Shown: positions 50,337 to 60,100, counted from the stretch's first letter. The stretch: DNA of 64,000 bases from Bacilli bacterium (GCA_050953065.1 JBMNLZ010000003.1:365544-429543); one strand, 5' to 3'. The notes: a model not told the origin generated them from the sequence alone. A program made the numbers and translations.

Positions 50337-52503
50337 AAACTTTCCCCTTAAATCTATTATAAAAATTATCAAATGTGATTTTTTTAATTACATTATCACT
50401 ATAGCCTTTAACACGAAGCCTTTCAATTAAAAGATTAATTTCAGTTACTTTAGAAATCTCTTTTGTATTAGAACTTGGAAAATCATCCAAATAATCCATA
50501 AAGTCTAACCCTAAACATACATTATCAATCCCAAGTGCATTAATAGCATATTCAATATGTTTAATAAACATATCAATACTTTTATCTTCTTTTGAAATGA
50601 AATTTCCAACTAAAGTTAAACCTAATAAACCATCGGCTTCTTTTAATGCTTTTAATTGAGCATCATCTAAATTTCTTTTATGATCACATAGACTTCTAAT
50701 ATTTCCGTGTGAATAAATAATATTTTTATTTGTTAGTTTTAAAACATCAAAAAAACTTTGATAATTTAGATGAGCTAAATCAATTATCATATCAAGTTTT
50801 TCCATTTTTTTAATTAAATCTTTTCCTTTTTCAGTTAAGCCTCTTTCAGGATTGCCCTTTACTCCAGTAGCATAATCATTTTCTTCATTCCATGTTAACA
50901 TTGCATGACGAAAACCTAATTTATATAAAGTATCTAAATCATTTATGCTTTTTAAATTTCTTAACCCTTCAAAACCTAAAATCAATTTAAAATCAACTAA
51001 TAATTTAAAATCAATTTGAGCAAGAGCCTTTTTAGATGCTTCAATTAAATCAAATTCATCAGGCGAATATAGTGTCCAAAGTCCACCTTTAACTGATGTT
51101 TCTGATAATTGTTGCAAGTGAAAATCAAATCTATTTTCAATTCCCATTTTAGCCTTATCATATAAATCATATAAGATATCAGTGTGAGTATCAAAGATAG
51201 GCAAACTTTTTTGATTAAAACTAGATAAAAGTTTATCATAACTTTCTCTTTTAATTGCTAGATTAACGTTATCCTCTTTTACAAAAACAACAGCTGGTCT
51301 AACATGAGAATTATAATTCATAGACATTGAATATCCATATGCTCCAGTTGAATAAACAACTAAAATATCTCCTCTTTTAAAACTAGGCACTTCTACTCCT
51401 TGAGCTATGATATCACCACTCTCGCAACAAGGTCCAACAATATCACATTTAATAGTTTTTAACTCATTCATCTTATTAGCTACATCAACACTATATTTAG
51501 CTTGATATAAAGCAGGCCTAATATTATCATTCATTCCACCATCAACTGGTAAATATATTTTCTTATTATAAGTTTCTTTCAAATCACCTATTGTATAAAG
51601 TGTACTACAAGCATCGCCTACAATACTTCTGCCTGGTTCAATCATTAAAGTATTTAAAGCAATTTTAAATTTATTAGTTAAATCTTCTACTTCTTTTACA
51701 ACTTCTTTTAAAGTTTTTTCCAAATCAATTTCAGTATCTGTTTTTAAATATTTAATTCCAAAGCCTCCACCTAAATTAAGAACCTTCGCCTCAAAGTCAT
51801 ATTTTTCTTTTACATCTTTTAAAAACTCTACCATTGTTTTAGCTGAATTAATAAAAGAATCAGGAGTTGTTATTTGAGAACCAATATGAGCATGAAAACC
51901 ATCTAATTCAATATAAGATGCATTTTTATAAAAGTCAATTATTTTTTCTATTTTTGCCTCATCAAAGATTGACTCTCCAAATTTAGAATCAACAGATGAT
52001 GTTTGAATATATTCATGAGTATGAGCTGAAATTCCAGGGTTTATTCTAAATAAAGTTTTAACTTGTTTTTTGTTGATTCTAGCAATTTTTTCTAATCTTT
52101 CTAACTCTGGAATATTGTCTACAATAATATATTTTACTCCTAATTTAACTGCAAATTCTAATTCTTCATCCGTTTTATTATTTCCATGAAAAACTGCTTT
52201 AGAAAGAGGAAAGTTAGTTTTATGTAAAATATATAAATCTCCATAACTAACACTATCAATCCCAACATTATATTCTAATAAAATATCATTTAGATAACTT
52301 GAAAGAAAAGCTTTAGATGCATAATATATTTCACAATTAAACTTCTTACTTTTAAAGTTATTAATAAAAGTAGATATTTTATTTCTCAAATGCAATTCAT
52401 CAAAAACCATTAAAGGAGTCCCATAAATTCTTGCTAAATCTTTAGCAGATTTTTTACCAAAATATAATGCGTTTCCTTTAACACTCATTCCTAATGTTTT
52501 CAT
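50326..52503 (-). CDS. fusion protein: diaminopimelate decarboxylase (LysA-type, PLP fold III) + M19 membrane-dipeptidase-family domain
   Basis: The N-terminal ~425 aa carry YASKAF (PLP Lys), HAHIGSQ, LGGGFG, EPGRSIVG, CCESGD and GAYGYSM. The C-terminal ~300 aa carry IFDTHTDILYD...LTWNEEN...DLAHLN...SHGNIRSLCDHKRNLDD (M19). The ATG at 52503 has RBS GAGGA; the track start is a GTG. Confidence 0.88.
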   Translation of the reverse strand: MKTLGMSVKGNALYFGKKSAKDLARIYGTPLMVFDELHLRNKISTFINNFKSKKFNCEIYYASKAFLSSYLNDILLEYNVGIDSVSYGDLYILHKTNFPLSKAVFHGNNKTDEELEFAVKLGVKYIIVDNIPELERLEKIARINKKQVKTLFRINPGISAHTHEYIQTSSVDSKFGESIFDEAKIEKIIDFYKNASYIELDGFHAHIGSQITTPDSFINSAKTMVEFLKDVKEKYDFEAKVLNLGGGFGIKYLKTDTEIDLEKTLKEVVKEVEDLTNKFKIALNTLMIEPGRSIVGDACSTLYTIGDLKETYNKKIYLPVDGGMNDNIRPALYQAKYSVDVANKMNELKTIKCDIVGPCCESGDIIAQGVEVPSFKRGDILVVYSTGAYGYSMSMNYNSHVRPAVVFVKEDNVNLAIKRESYDKLLSSFNQKSLPIFDTHTDILYDLYDKAKMGIENRFDFHLQQLSETSVKGGLWTLYSPDEFDLIEASKKALAQIDFKLLVDFKLILGFEGLRNLKSINDLDTLYKLGFRHAMLTWNEENDYATGVKGNPERGLTEKGKDLIKKMEKLDMIIDLAHLNYQSFFDVLKLTNKNIIYSHGNIRSLCDHKRNLDDAQLKALKEADGLLGLTLVGNFISKEDKSIDMFIKHIEYAINALGIDNVCLGLDFMDYLDDFPSSNTKEISKVTEINLLIERLRVKGYSDNVIKKITFDNFYNRFKGKVYEF

Positions 52504-52542
52504 AAGTTTCCTCACTAAAAATTAATTAAACTATCAAATCAT

Positions 52543-52551
52543 ATTATAACA
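52543..52551 (-). promoter_or_regulatory. extended -10 element (TGTTATAAT) for the lysA-fusion operon
   Basis: This is the only -10-like element between the SRP RNA terminator and the RBS. The -35 is poor. Confidence 0.4.
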
Positions 52552-52600
52552 CAATTTCTATAAAATAAATTGTTTTCTTTAAAACTTTTTAAATAAAAAA

Positions 52601-52717
52601 GATTCTTTACTTAATTTCCCACACTCACATACCAAGTTAAGCTTAAGGCTGCTTCAGTCAAGACCTGACCTGGTTCACTGCCTGATATTGAATGCAGGAA
52701 TCTAAATAAAGAATCCC
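52601..52717 (-). ncRNA. ffs: signal recognition particle RNA, short 4.5S type
   Basis: The minus strand reads ...GTGAACCAGGTCAGGTCTTGACTGAAGCAGCCTTAAGC..., the conserved domain IV. The 5' GGGATTCTTTATTTAGATTCC pairs with the 3' GGGAAATTAAGTAAAGAATC, followed by T6. TGGTATAAT sits 7 nt upstream, at 52725-52733. Confidence 0.85.
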
Positions 52718-52867
52718 TAATTTCATTATACCACTTTTTCATGTTTTTTAAAAGATTTTTTTAAATTAATACGCTAAACTAAGTTAGTAGTTTTCTTTTC
52801 ATCTTTAAAGCCTTAAATTGCCTCTGGTTTAGAGTTTTTATAAAGATTTTAGTATTTATATCAAAAA

Positions 52868-52902
52868 GAAAAACCACTTCCTTAAAAGAAAGTGGTTTTT
52901 TT
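52868..52902 (-). terminator. terminator after the 1130-aa lipoprotein gene
   Basis: AAAACCACTT/AAGTGGTTTT stem with a 10-nt loop and T/A runs on both sides. Confidence 0.7.
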
Positions 52903-52912
52903 AAGTTAAAAA

Positions 52913-55900
52913 TTATTTTTTAGGAATGCTGTAAGTATCCAGTACAGTACCTGATGCATTAAACATTTGACCAGTAATTTGAGTTGAACTAACTGTAATA
53001 GTTGAAATTGTACTGATATCATTATTGTTAGTTGAGCCACCATATACTTTAGCAGAATATGAACTTGCTGCTGTTGCAATTCTACCACGTGCTCCTATTT
53101 GGTTGGCTGTAATATAAACAGTTCCAACAGAAGCTGTTGAGACAGCACCATTTTTAATTGGTTTGCTTCTTACGTATACATGGTCATCTCCTGATAAGAC
53201 TAAATCAACTCCTAGACTTTCTAAAGTACTTCCATAAATATTATAACAATCACTTGACTTAGCAACTCCACTTGGTGCACTAGCAGTTGACCCGTGGAAA
53301 AATTCTCTATGAGAAAAGGCAATTACAAAATCACTTGGATTATTATTAATTACAGTAGAAAGCCATGATTTTTGAGCATTTCTTCTTGTAGTGTCTAGAA
53401 CTTCTGAGTTTATACCAACAAACAATACATTATTATATTTAAAATAATAAGATGAATTTGAAATACCACTTGCTCCATTTTTAGGATTATTAAACATAGC
53501 ATTATAATAAACATCTGATGTATGTTCAGGATATACACTACCTTGAGCTTTATAATAATCATGGTTTCCTGGAACCGAAGCTAAAAAATAATTTTTAGCA
53601 AATGGAGCTGTTGCTAAATGTTTCCATTGATAATAATCACTTCCATGAGCAGTTAAATCACCTGTGAATAAAACAAAACTTAAACCACTTACCTTTGATT
53701 CAGCTCTTGAAACCAATGAATTAGCTGTACTTAATCTAGAACTTAGTGCAGGATAAGCATGGACGTCTGACATATAGATAAAACTAAATGTTGTAGTTGA
53801 AGCAGTTTTAAAATAATAATCACTTGAAGCACTTGAGCCTATAATTCTATATCTATATTCAGTATTAGCTGTTAAACCTGTAATGTTTACAAGTTTTCTA
53901 AAATAACTTACAGTACCATTATATCCTTGACTGTTTCCATCTGATGTACTTACAAAAGAAGCTGAAGTGCTAGATGGAGCTACTTGAACTTTATTTGCAT
54001 AAGTAGTATCGCTTTTTTTAGTATACTCTAAATATCCTCCACTTGTTGTATGATGCCAACTAATATTCATTTGAGAACTAGCATTTGCACCAGGAGATGC
54101 AAACACTAAACTAGATGTACCAGTAGCTGCTGGCATTGTTCCTCCCGGAGGATTTGATCCACCTGTGCCAATTGTTAGAGTAATTGTTCCAGATCCTTTT
54201 GAAGGATGAGTTACAGTAATTGTTACTGTACCATCTTTTAATGCTGAAATTGTTCCATAAGTTGAAACTGTTGCAACACTTGAATCACTTGATGTAAAGA
54301 CACATTCAAGACGAGAAACACTTGTTCCACCTGAATCTCTTACATAAATTTGGTATCCAGAACCACCCACTGGAACATTTGCACTAGGATCAGCTGTGAT
54401 TGTTAGAGTTCCTGCTGGAGGATTTGTTACTGTTATAGTACATGTTGCTTTTACTGATGTATCGGCAACTGAAGTTGCTGTAATTGTTGCTGTTCCTGCT
54501 GCTTTAGCTGTTACAACACCGTTTGTAACAGTTGCAACTGTTGCATTACTTGTTGTCCATGTAACACTTGTATTACTTGCATTTGTTACTGTGGCTGTTA
54601 ATGTTTTTGTTGCATTAACAAGTAATGAGGCTGTTGTATCTGATAGAGTAATAGTTGGTGTAGGTTGAGCGGTAACTGTCACACTTGCTTGAGCTTGAAT
54701 ACTATTATTTGCATTAAGCTTTGCAATAATGTTTGCTGTTCCAGCTGCTACTGCTGTTACTTTTCCATTACTGTCTACTGTTGCAACACTTGTATTACTA
54801 CTGCTCCATGAAACTGATTTATCAGTTAGGGATGCTGCTACTACTGTTGCTGTTAATGTTTGATTAGATCCAGCCACTAGATTTAATGAAGTAGGATTTA
54901 AAGTAATACTCATTTGATCAGTTACTGTTACCTGATGAGTTGCTTTAATGCTTGCACTTACTATTGAAGTTGCTGTGATTGTTGCTGTACCTACTTTCAT
55001 TCCAGTTACTCTACCATTTACATCTATGGTTGCAACTGTAGAATCACTTGAAGTCCACGTAACTATGTTTGTTGCTCCTGTTGGAGTTGCTGTTGCTGTT
55101 AGAATTATATTTTGTCCATAACTAACTGTTGATGCTCCATTAATTGTAATTCCTGTTGGAAGAGGAATTACAGTTACTGTAAAGTTTGCTTTCTTTTCAG
55201 GATCTCCAACAAGTGATGCTGTAATTTGAACAACACCTCCAGAAACTCCTGTTACCCAGCCTGCTGCATCTACTATTGCAACACTAGTGTTGCTTGAAGC
55301 ATAAGTAAACGTTGCAGGTTCATTAGCTGGAGTATATGTTACATTTAATTTAATTTTATTTCCCTGTAATACTTCATTAGCTCCAGAAAGATTAATTGAA
55401 GTAATTGGGCTAGCTGAAGTTTCAGATTCTTTTACGACTAAAGTAAATGTATTTGAAACAGATGTATCATCTGTTAGAGTTGCTGTGATTGTTACAATTC
55501 CTGTTGCAACACCTGTTACAATTCCAAATTCATTTACTGTTGCTTTTGAATTATCACTACTTGTCCAAGTAATGCCTGTTATATTTCCTTGATTTGGAGT
55601 TACAGTTAAAATAACTGAATCACTAACATTAACAAAACTACTTCCGTTAATTATAAGTGATGTTGGTTTAACTACTACCGCCCCATCTGTTCTTACGTTA
55701 ACAACGATTGTTGCAGAACGAGCCCCATATAAAGCTATGATAGATGTAACACCAGCTGCTTTTGCAGTCAAAACACCATTTGATGTTATTGATGCTACTT
55801 CTCCATTACTAGACATCCAAGAAATAGTTCCATTAACTATTTCTCCACCTAATAAAACTTGTAAAGTAACAGTACTACCTACAGTCAAATTTTGATTCCC

Positions 55901-56305
55901 GTTAACTATTACAAAAGTTTGAGTATTAGGGTCTGGTTTGTTTTCGCCTGGGTTATCATCAATTGGATTATCAGTTGATCCATCATCTATAGCAGTTACT
56001 ATTACAGTTATCTTAATAAAGACTTCTGTATTTAAAACTCCAATTGTTAGTTCAGCTTGACCTGCACTAATTCCACTAATAACTCCATTTGAAACTGTAA
56101 AAATAGCCTCGTTAGAAGAAACATAGTAAAGGGCATTAGTTGATCCTACAACTTTAGGAGCAATTGAGACCATATCTTCTTCCTCAACAGTAATAGTATA
56201 ACTATCAACTGTAATTTTAACTTCTCCACTCCCTAAACTTAAACCTTGACAACCAACTAATAAAATACTAATTAACAAAGTAAAAACAATAAAGATTTTT
56301 TTCAT
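52913..56305 (-). CDS. giant surface lipoprotein: about nine Big_2 domains + purple-acid-phosphatase-like metallophosphoesterase at the C-terminus
   Basis: Lipobox LISILLVGC|QG. Big_2 units (VTWTSSDSTVATIDVNGRVTGMKVGTATITAT and similar) are repeated. The C-terminus has the phosphoesterase motifs DVH, GDLTAHG, GNHD, SHREF and GDDHVY after an FN3-like PAP N-domain. Confidence 0.88.
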   Translation of the reverse strand: MKKIFIVFTLLISILLVGCQGLSLGSGEVKITVDSYTITVEEEDMVSIAPKVVGSTNALYYVSSNEAIFTVSNGVISGISAGQAELTIGVLNTEVFIKITVIVTAIDDGSTDNPIDDNPGENKPDPNTQTFVIVNGNQNLTVGSTVTLQVLLGGEIVNGTISWMSSNGEVASITSNGVLTAKAAGVTSIIALYGARSATIVVNVRTDGAVVVKPTSLIINGSSFVNVSDSVILTVTPNQGNITGITWTSSDNSKATVNEFGIVTGVATGIVTITATLTDDTSVSNTFTLVVKESETSASPITSINLSGANEVLQGNKIKLNVTYTPANEPATFTYASSNTSVAIVDAAGWVTGVSGGVVQITASLVGDPEKKANFTVTVIPLPTGITINGASTVSYGQNIILTATATPTGATNIVTWTSSDSTVATIDVNGRVTGMKVGTATITATSIVSASIKATHQVTVTDQMSITLNPTSLNLVAGSNQTLTATVVAASLTDKSVSWSSSNTSVATVDSNGKVTAVAAGTANIIAKLNANNSIQAQASVTVTAQPTPTITLSDTTASLLVNATKTLTATVTNASNTSVTWTTSNATVATVTNGVVTAKAAGTATITATSVADTSVKATCTITVTNPPAGTLTITADPSANVPVGGSGYQIYVRDSGGTSVSRLECVFTSSDSSVATVSTYGTISALKDGTVTITVTHPSKGSGTITLTIGTGGSNPPGGTMPAATGTSSLVFASPGANASSQMNISWHHTTSGGYLEYTKKSDTTYANKVQVAPSSTSASFVSTSDGNSQGYNGTVSYFRKLVNITGLTANTEYRYRIIGSSASSDYYFKTASTTTFSFIYMSDVHAYPALSSRLSTANSLVSRAESKVSGLSFVLFTGDLTAHGSDYYQWKHLATAPFAKNYFLASVPGNHDYYKAQGSVYPEHTSDVYYNAMFNNPKNGASGISNSSYYFKYNNVLFVGINSEVLDTTRRNAQKSWLSTVINNNPSDFVIAFSHREFFHGSTASAPSGVAKSSDCYNIYGSTLESLGVDLVLSGDDHVYVRSKPIKNGAVSTASVGTVYITANQIGARGRIATAASSYSAKVYGGSTNNNDISTISTITVSSTQITGQMFNASGTVLDTYSIPKK

Positions 56306-56323
56306 TTTTAACTCCTCTAAAAA

Positions 56324-56368
56324 AGCTACTTGTACAACACCTCAATTTTTATGTATTAACAAGTAGCT
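56324..56368 (-). terminator. possible terminator/attenuator hairpin between the GDPD and lipoprotein genes
   Basis: 10-bp stem AGCTACTTGT/ACAAGTAGCT with a long 25-nt loop, followed by T6 on the minus strand just before the next RBS. Confidence 0.4.
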
Positions 56369-56376
56369 GATCTGTT

Positions 56377-57177
56377 TTATCTTTTATACTCTACTACTTT
56401 CCCATCTTTAAAATAAAGGTAATCAGTAGTAATCATATCTACTCCCTTTTTAATAAAAGAGAGAGCCTTATTTTTCTTATTTAAAGTATAGGTATTCACA
56501 ATCAACCCTTTAGCATGGAAACAATCAATTATTCTTTTGTTTAAATGTTTATAATCCATATCCAATGAAATTCTTTTTTCAAAACATTCTTCTTTAAATT
56601 CTTTATATCTTTTTTTAGAAGAACATAAGAATTGTAGTCTTGCATCAGGATACTTAGATCTTATCGCTTTTAACACTTCAAACATTGAAGTCATAAAATA
56701 TGTTTTTTGATACATTTCCTTGCTTTTAACAAAATCAACTAATAACGAAACATTTGACTGATCATTATTATTTAATCCAGTTGTCCACTTAATTTCAATG
56801 ATAGCTTCTACATCATATTTTTTACACAAATCTAAGTATTCATCTAGGCCAGCTATTTTTCCATTAAATAGACAAGCTGGCCCAAGAGATGAACCTCTAT
56901 TTTGTGTTACTATCATTTCTTTTAATTCTGAATAATTTTTTGATTCTGGAGTTGATCCGCTTTTTGGTTCTGTTAATACTCTTTCACCATATGTATCATT
57001 TAAATAAGGATTGTGAAAAATAATAAACTTTTTATCTTTTGTGACTCTAATGTCACACTCTAAAGCTTTCGCTCCACGAGCAATCCCTTCTTCAAATGCT
57101 TCCATAGTATTGGCAACAAAAGCACCACCAGCACCTCGATGACCTACCCAAATAAAGTTATTCTTATTTTTTTTCAT
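56377..57177 (-). CDS. glycerophosphodiester phosphodiesterase (GDPD family), no signal peptide
   Basis: VGHRGAGG...ALECDIRVTKD...FHN are the GDPD catalytic motifs. Confidence 0.87.
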   Translation of the reverse strand: MKKNKNNFIWVGHRGAGGAFVANTMEAFEEGIARGAKALECDIRVTKDKKFIIFHNPYLNDTYGERVLTEPKSGSTPESKNYSELKEMIVTQNRGSSLGPACLFNGKIAGLDEYLDLCKKYDVEAIIEIKWTTGLNNNDQSNVSLLVDFVKSKEMYQKTYFMTSMFEVLKAIRSKYPDARLQFLCSSKKRYKEFKEECFEKRISLDMDYKHLNKRIIDCFHAKGLIVNTYTLNKKNKALSFIKKGVDMITTDYLYFKDGKVVEYKR

Positions 57178-57186
57178 TCAAGTTTC

Positions 57187-60100
57187 TTATGCAACTACCG
57201 TAACACTTACTGTACCTACATTACCACCAGTCTTGTGTGTAACAGTAATTGTTACTGGACCACCAGTTGCTAATGTAGTAATATTTCCTGTATCAGAAAT
57301 TGTTAAAATACCAGTGTTGCTAGAAACAATATTACATGCTAAACGGCTAACAGCTTTTTGATTAGTATCCCAGATAAAGACTTGATAATATCCTGCTGTA
57401 CCACCTAAGGCTAGAGAAATTGTTTCTAATGATGGATTTGCATAACTACCACCACCACCTGATTGAGGAACTTGAACCTTAACTGTTAAGGCTCCTGCTC
57501 CAGGAGTAATAGTTAACTCAATTGTAGCTTTTACACTAGGGTTTGCTACTAAAGTAGCTGTTATTATAATTGTACCTGCACTTACTCCTGTTACTAGACC
57601 AGTTTCATTAACTGTAGCAATCCATGCTTTTCCTTCTTCACCTGACCAAGTAACTTGATGTCCACCCACTATTGATAACTGAGAAGTAGTACCAGCAGCA
57701 AACGAAGTATATTGTGCTGATATAGTGATTGATGATGGAGTACCACTACCGCCACCATAAGACCCTACTGCAGTCCATTTTGCATAATACATTGCGGCTG
57801 GAGCAGTTCCTGCTGCAATAACTGATACCGGACTACCTGTTAAGCCTGAATTATCATACCATCCTTCAAAAACATAACCTTCTCTAAATGGTTCTTTTAA
57901 GACTGCAACTTGTCCATGTGGATAAGATGTAGTTTGATAAGTTGTAGCAGCGCTAACTCTTGCTGAACCACTTTCATAATATCTTAAAGTTGGAGTTGGA
58001 ATACAAGAACGGAAGCTATTAGCTAAAGTTGCATTAGCAAATGTAGAACTATTAACATTTTGAGTTCCATAGAAATATCCATCTAAGATAAATCCAAATG
58101 CACTTCTACCATGGAAAACTCCTGCATTTTCAGTTGTAATTGGAGAATATCCACTAGATGCAGCACCTTCTTTTGTACGATATAATTCGTGAACAGTTTC
58201 AAGTAAATTCTTATATTTTGATTGATATGGTTCAGTTCCGAAGAATCCACCCGTTACACTTGTAATCTTCTTAGTTGTAGCATCAGTTGCAATACTGTTC
58301 CAGAAGAATTGAGAATATCCATCAATTTTTGAATATGATACAACTGTTCCTGATACCCAATTATACCATGCTTGTGGGTCAACAGCATTTGCCTTAAAGG
58401 CATCCCAAGTTGTTTTGTGTAGATTTGAAGCAACTAATGATGAACTTAGTAAATTGTTATCTTTCAAATATTTATAGAAGTCTTGCATAAAGATTTCTGG
58501 TAAATTTGAAACTCCATCAATATAATATTCTCCAGCATAATCTCCTGATGGTACAGTAGTTACAGTACCTGATGACCAACTCCATGAACCACCATTTAAT
58601 GTATAATTTAATGTATAGTTAGCTGGATTAACTGTAATTTGACATGTTGCTTTTAAGTTTGTATTAACAGCAGCTGTTGCTGTAATTACTGCTTCACCTT
58701 GAGCAACCGCTGTTACAAGTCCTGATGAAGAAACTGTTGCAACACTTGCATTACTTGTTGACCAAGTAACATTTGTATTACTTGAATAACTAACTGTTGC
58801 AGTTAATTGTAAAGTTGCATCTATTGCTAAAGTTCCAGATGTTGGTGCTACTGTAATTGTTGGAGCTGGATTAACTGTAATTTGACATGTTGCTGTTAAG
58901 CTTGGATCTCCAACTGAAGTTGCTGTAATTGTTACACTACCTTGAGCAACACCTGTTACAACACCTGTTGATGAGTTAACTGTTGCTTTGCTTGTATCAC
59001 CTGATGAATAAGTTACAGAAGTATTACTTAAGTTTTGTACTGTTGCAGTTACTGTAACTGTTTCATTTTGGTTAACTGTTGCTGTAGTTGGTGTCATTGT
59101 AATTGTTGGAGCTGGATTAACTGTAATTTGACATGTTGCTTTTAAGTCTGGATCCACATCAGCTGTAGCTGTGATTGTTACATTACCTTGAGCAACACCT
59201 GTTACAACACCTGTTGATGAGTTAACTGTTGCGATTGAAGTATCACTTGATGAATAAGCTACAACTGTATTGCTTGAATTATGTACTGTAGCTGTTACTT
59301 TTACAGTCTTACCTGCAACAATTGTCGCTGAAGTTGGATCAATTGTAATTGTTGGATAAGGCACGACTGTAACTTCTACTGTTGCTGTAAAGTTTGGATC
59401 TCCATTTGCTGTTGCTGTAATTGTAGCAGTACCTTCAGCAACACCTGTTATCTTACCAGTTTGATCAACTGTTGCGTATGCTGCAGCACTTGTTGACCAA
59501 GTAACTGTAGTATCTGTTAGGTTTGTAACAGTTGCAGTAATTGTTTTTTCTTGAGTAACTGAAATTGTAATTGCTGATTCAGAAAGTGTAATTGTTGGTC
59601 TTGCAGCAACTGTGATATCAACTGTTGCTACTAAACTAGCATTAACATCAGCTGTAGCAATAATAGTTGCAGTTCCTGCAGAAACACCTGTTACAACTCC
59701 TGTTTCTGCATTAACTGTTGCTACTAAAACGTTACTAGATGAATAACTTACACCTGTATTACTTGAATTATGTACTGTACCAGTTACTGTAATTGTATCT
59801 CCAACATATAAAGTTTCAGCTGTAGCCGAAGCTTCAATTGAAGGTCCTGGTGTAACTGTGATTTCTTTATATCCTATTATTTGAGAATTTGATTTTGAAA
59901 CAGCTGTAATCGTTACTGTACCTTCTGTAACACCTGTTACAACACCAGCACTTGTTATAGTAGCCCTACTTGTTTTAAGTGACACCCATGATACCTCATT
60001 AGATGCTCCTTCAGGGCTAGCCACAGCTGTTAATTCTATTGTTGAACCGACTTGAACTGTACTAGGTCCATTAATTGTAATTGATGTTACAGCAGGTGCA

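Noticed and set aside
52516-52760. Possible lysine (L-box) riboswitch in the structured region upstream of the lysA-fusion gene.
   Set aside because: The structured element is an independent SRP RNA with its own promoter and T6 terminator. Only about 95 nt, with no conserved L-box features, remain between it and the lysA-fusion RBS.
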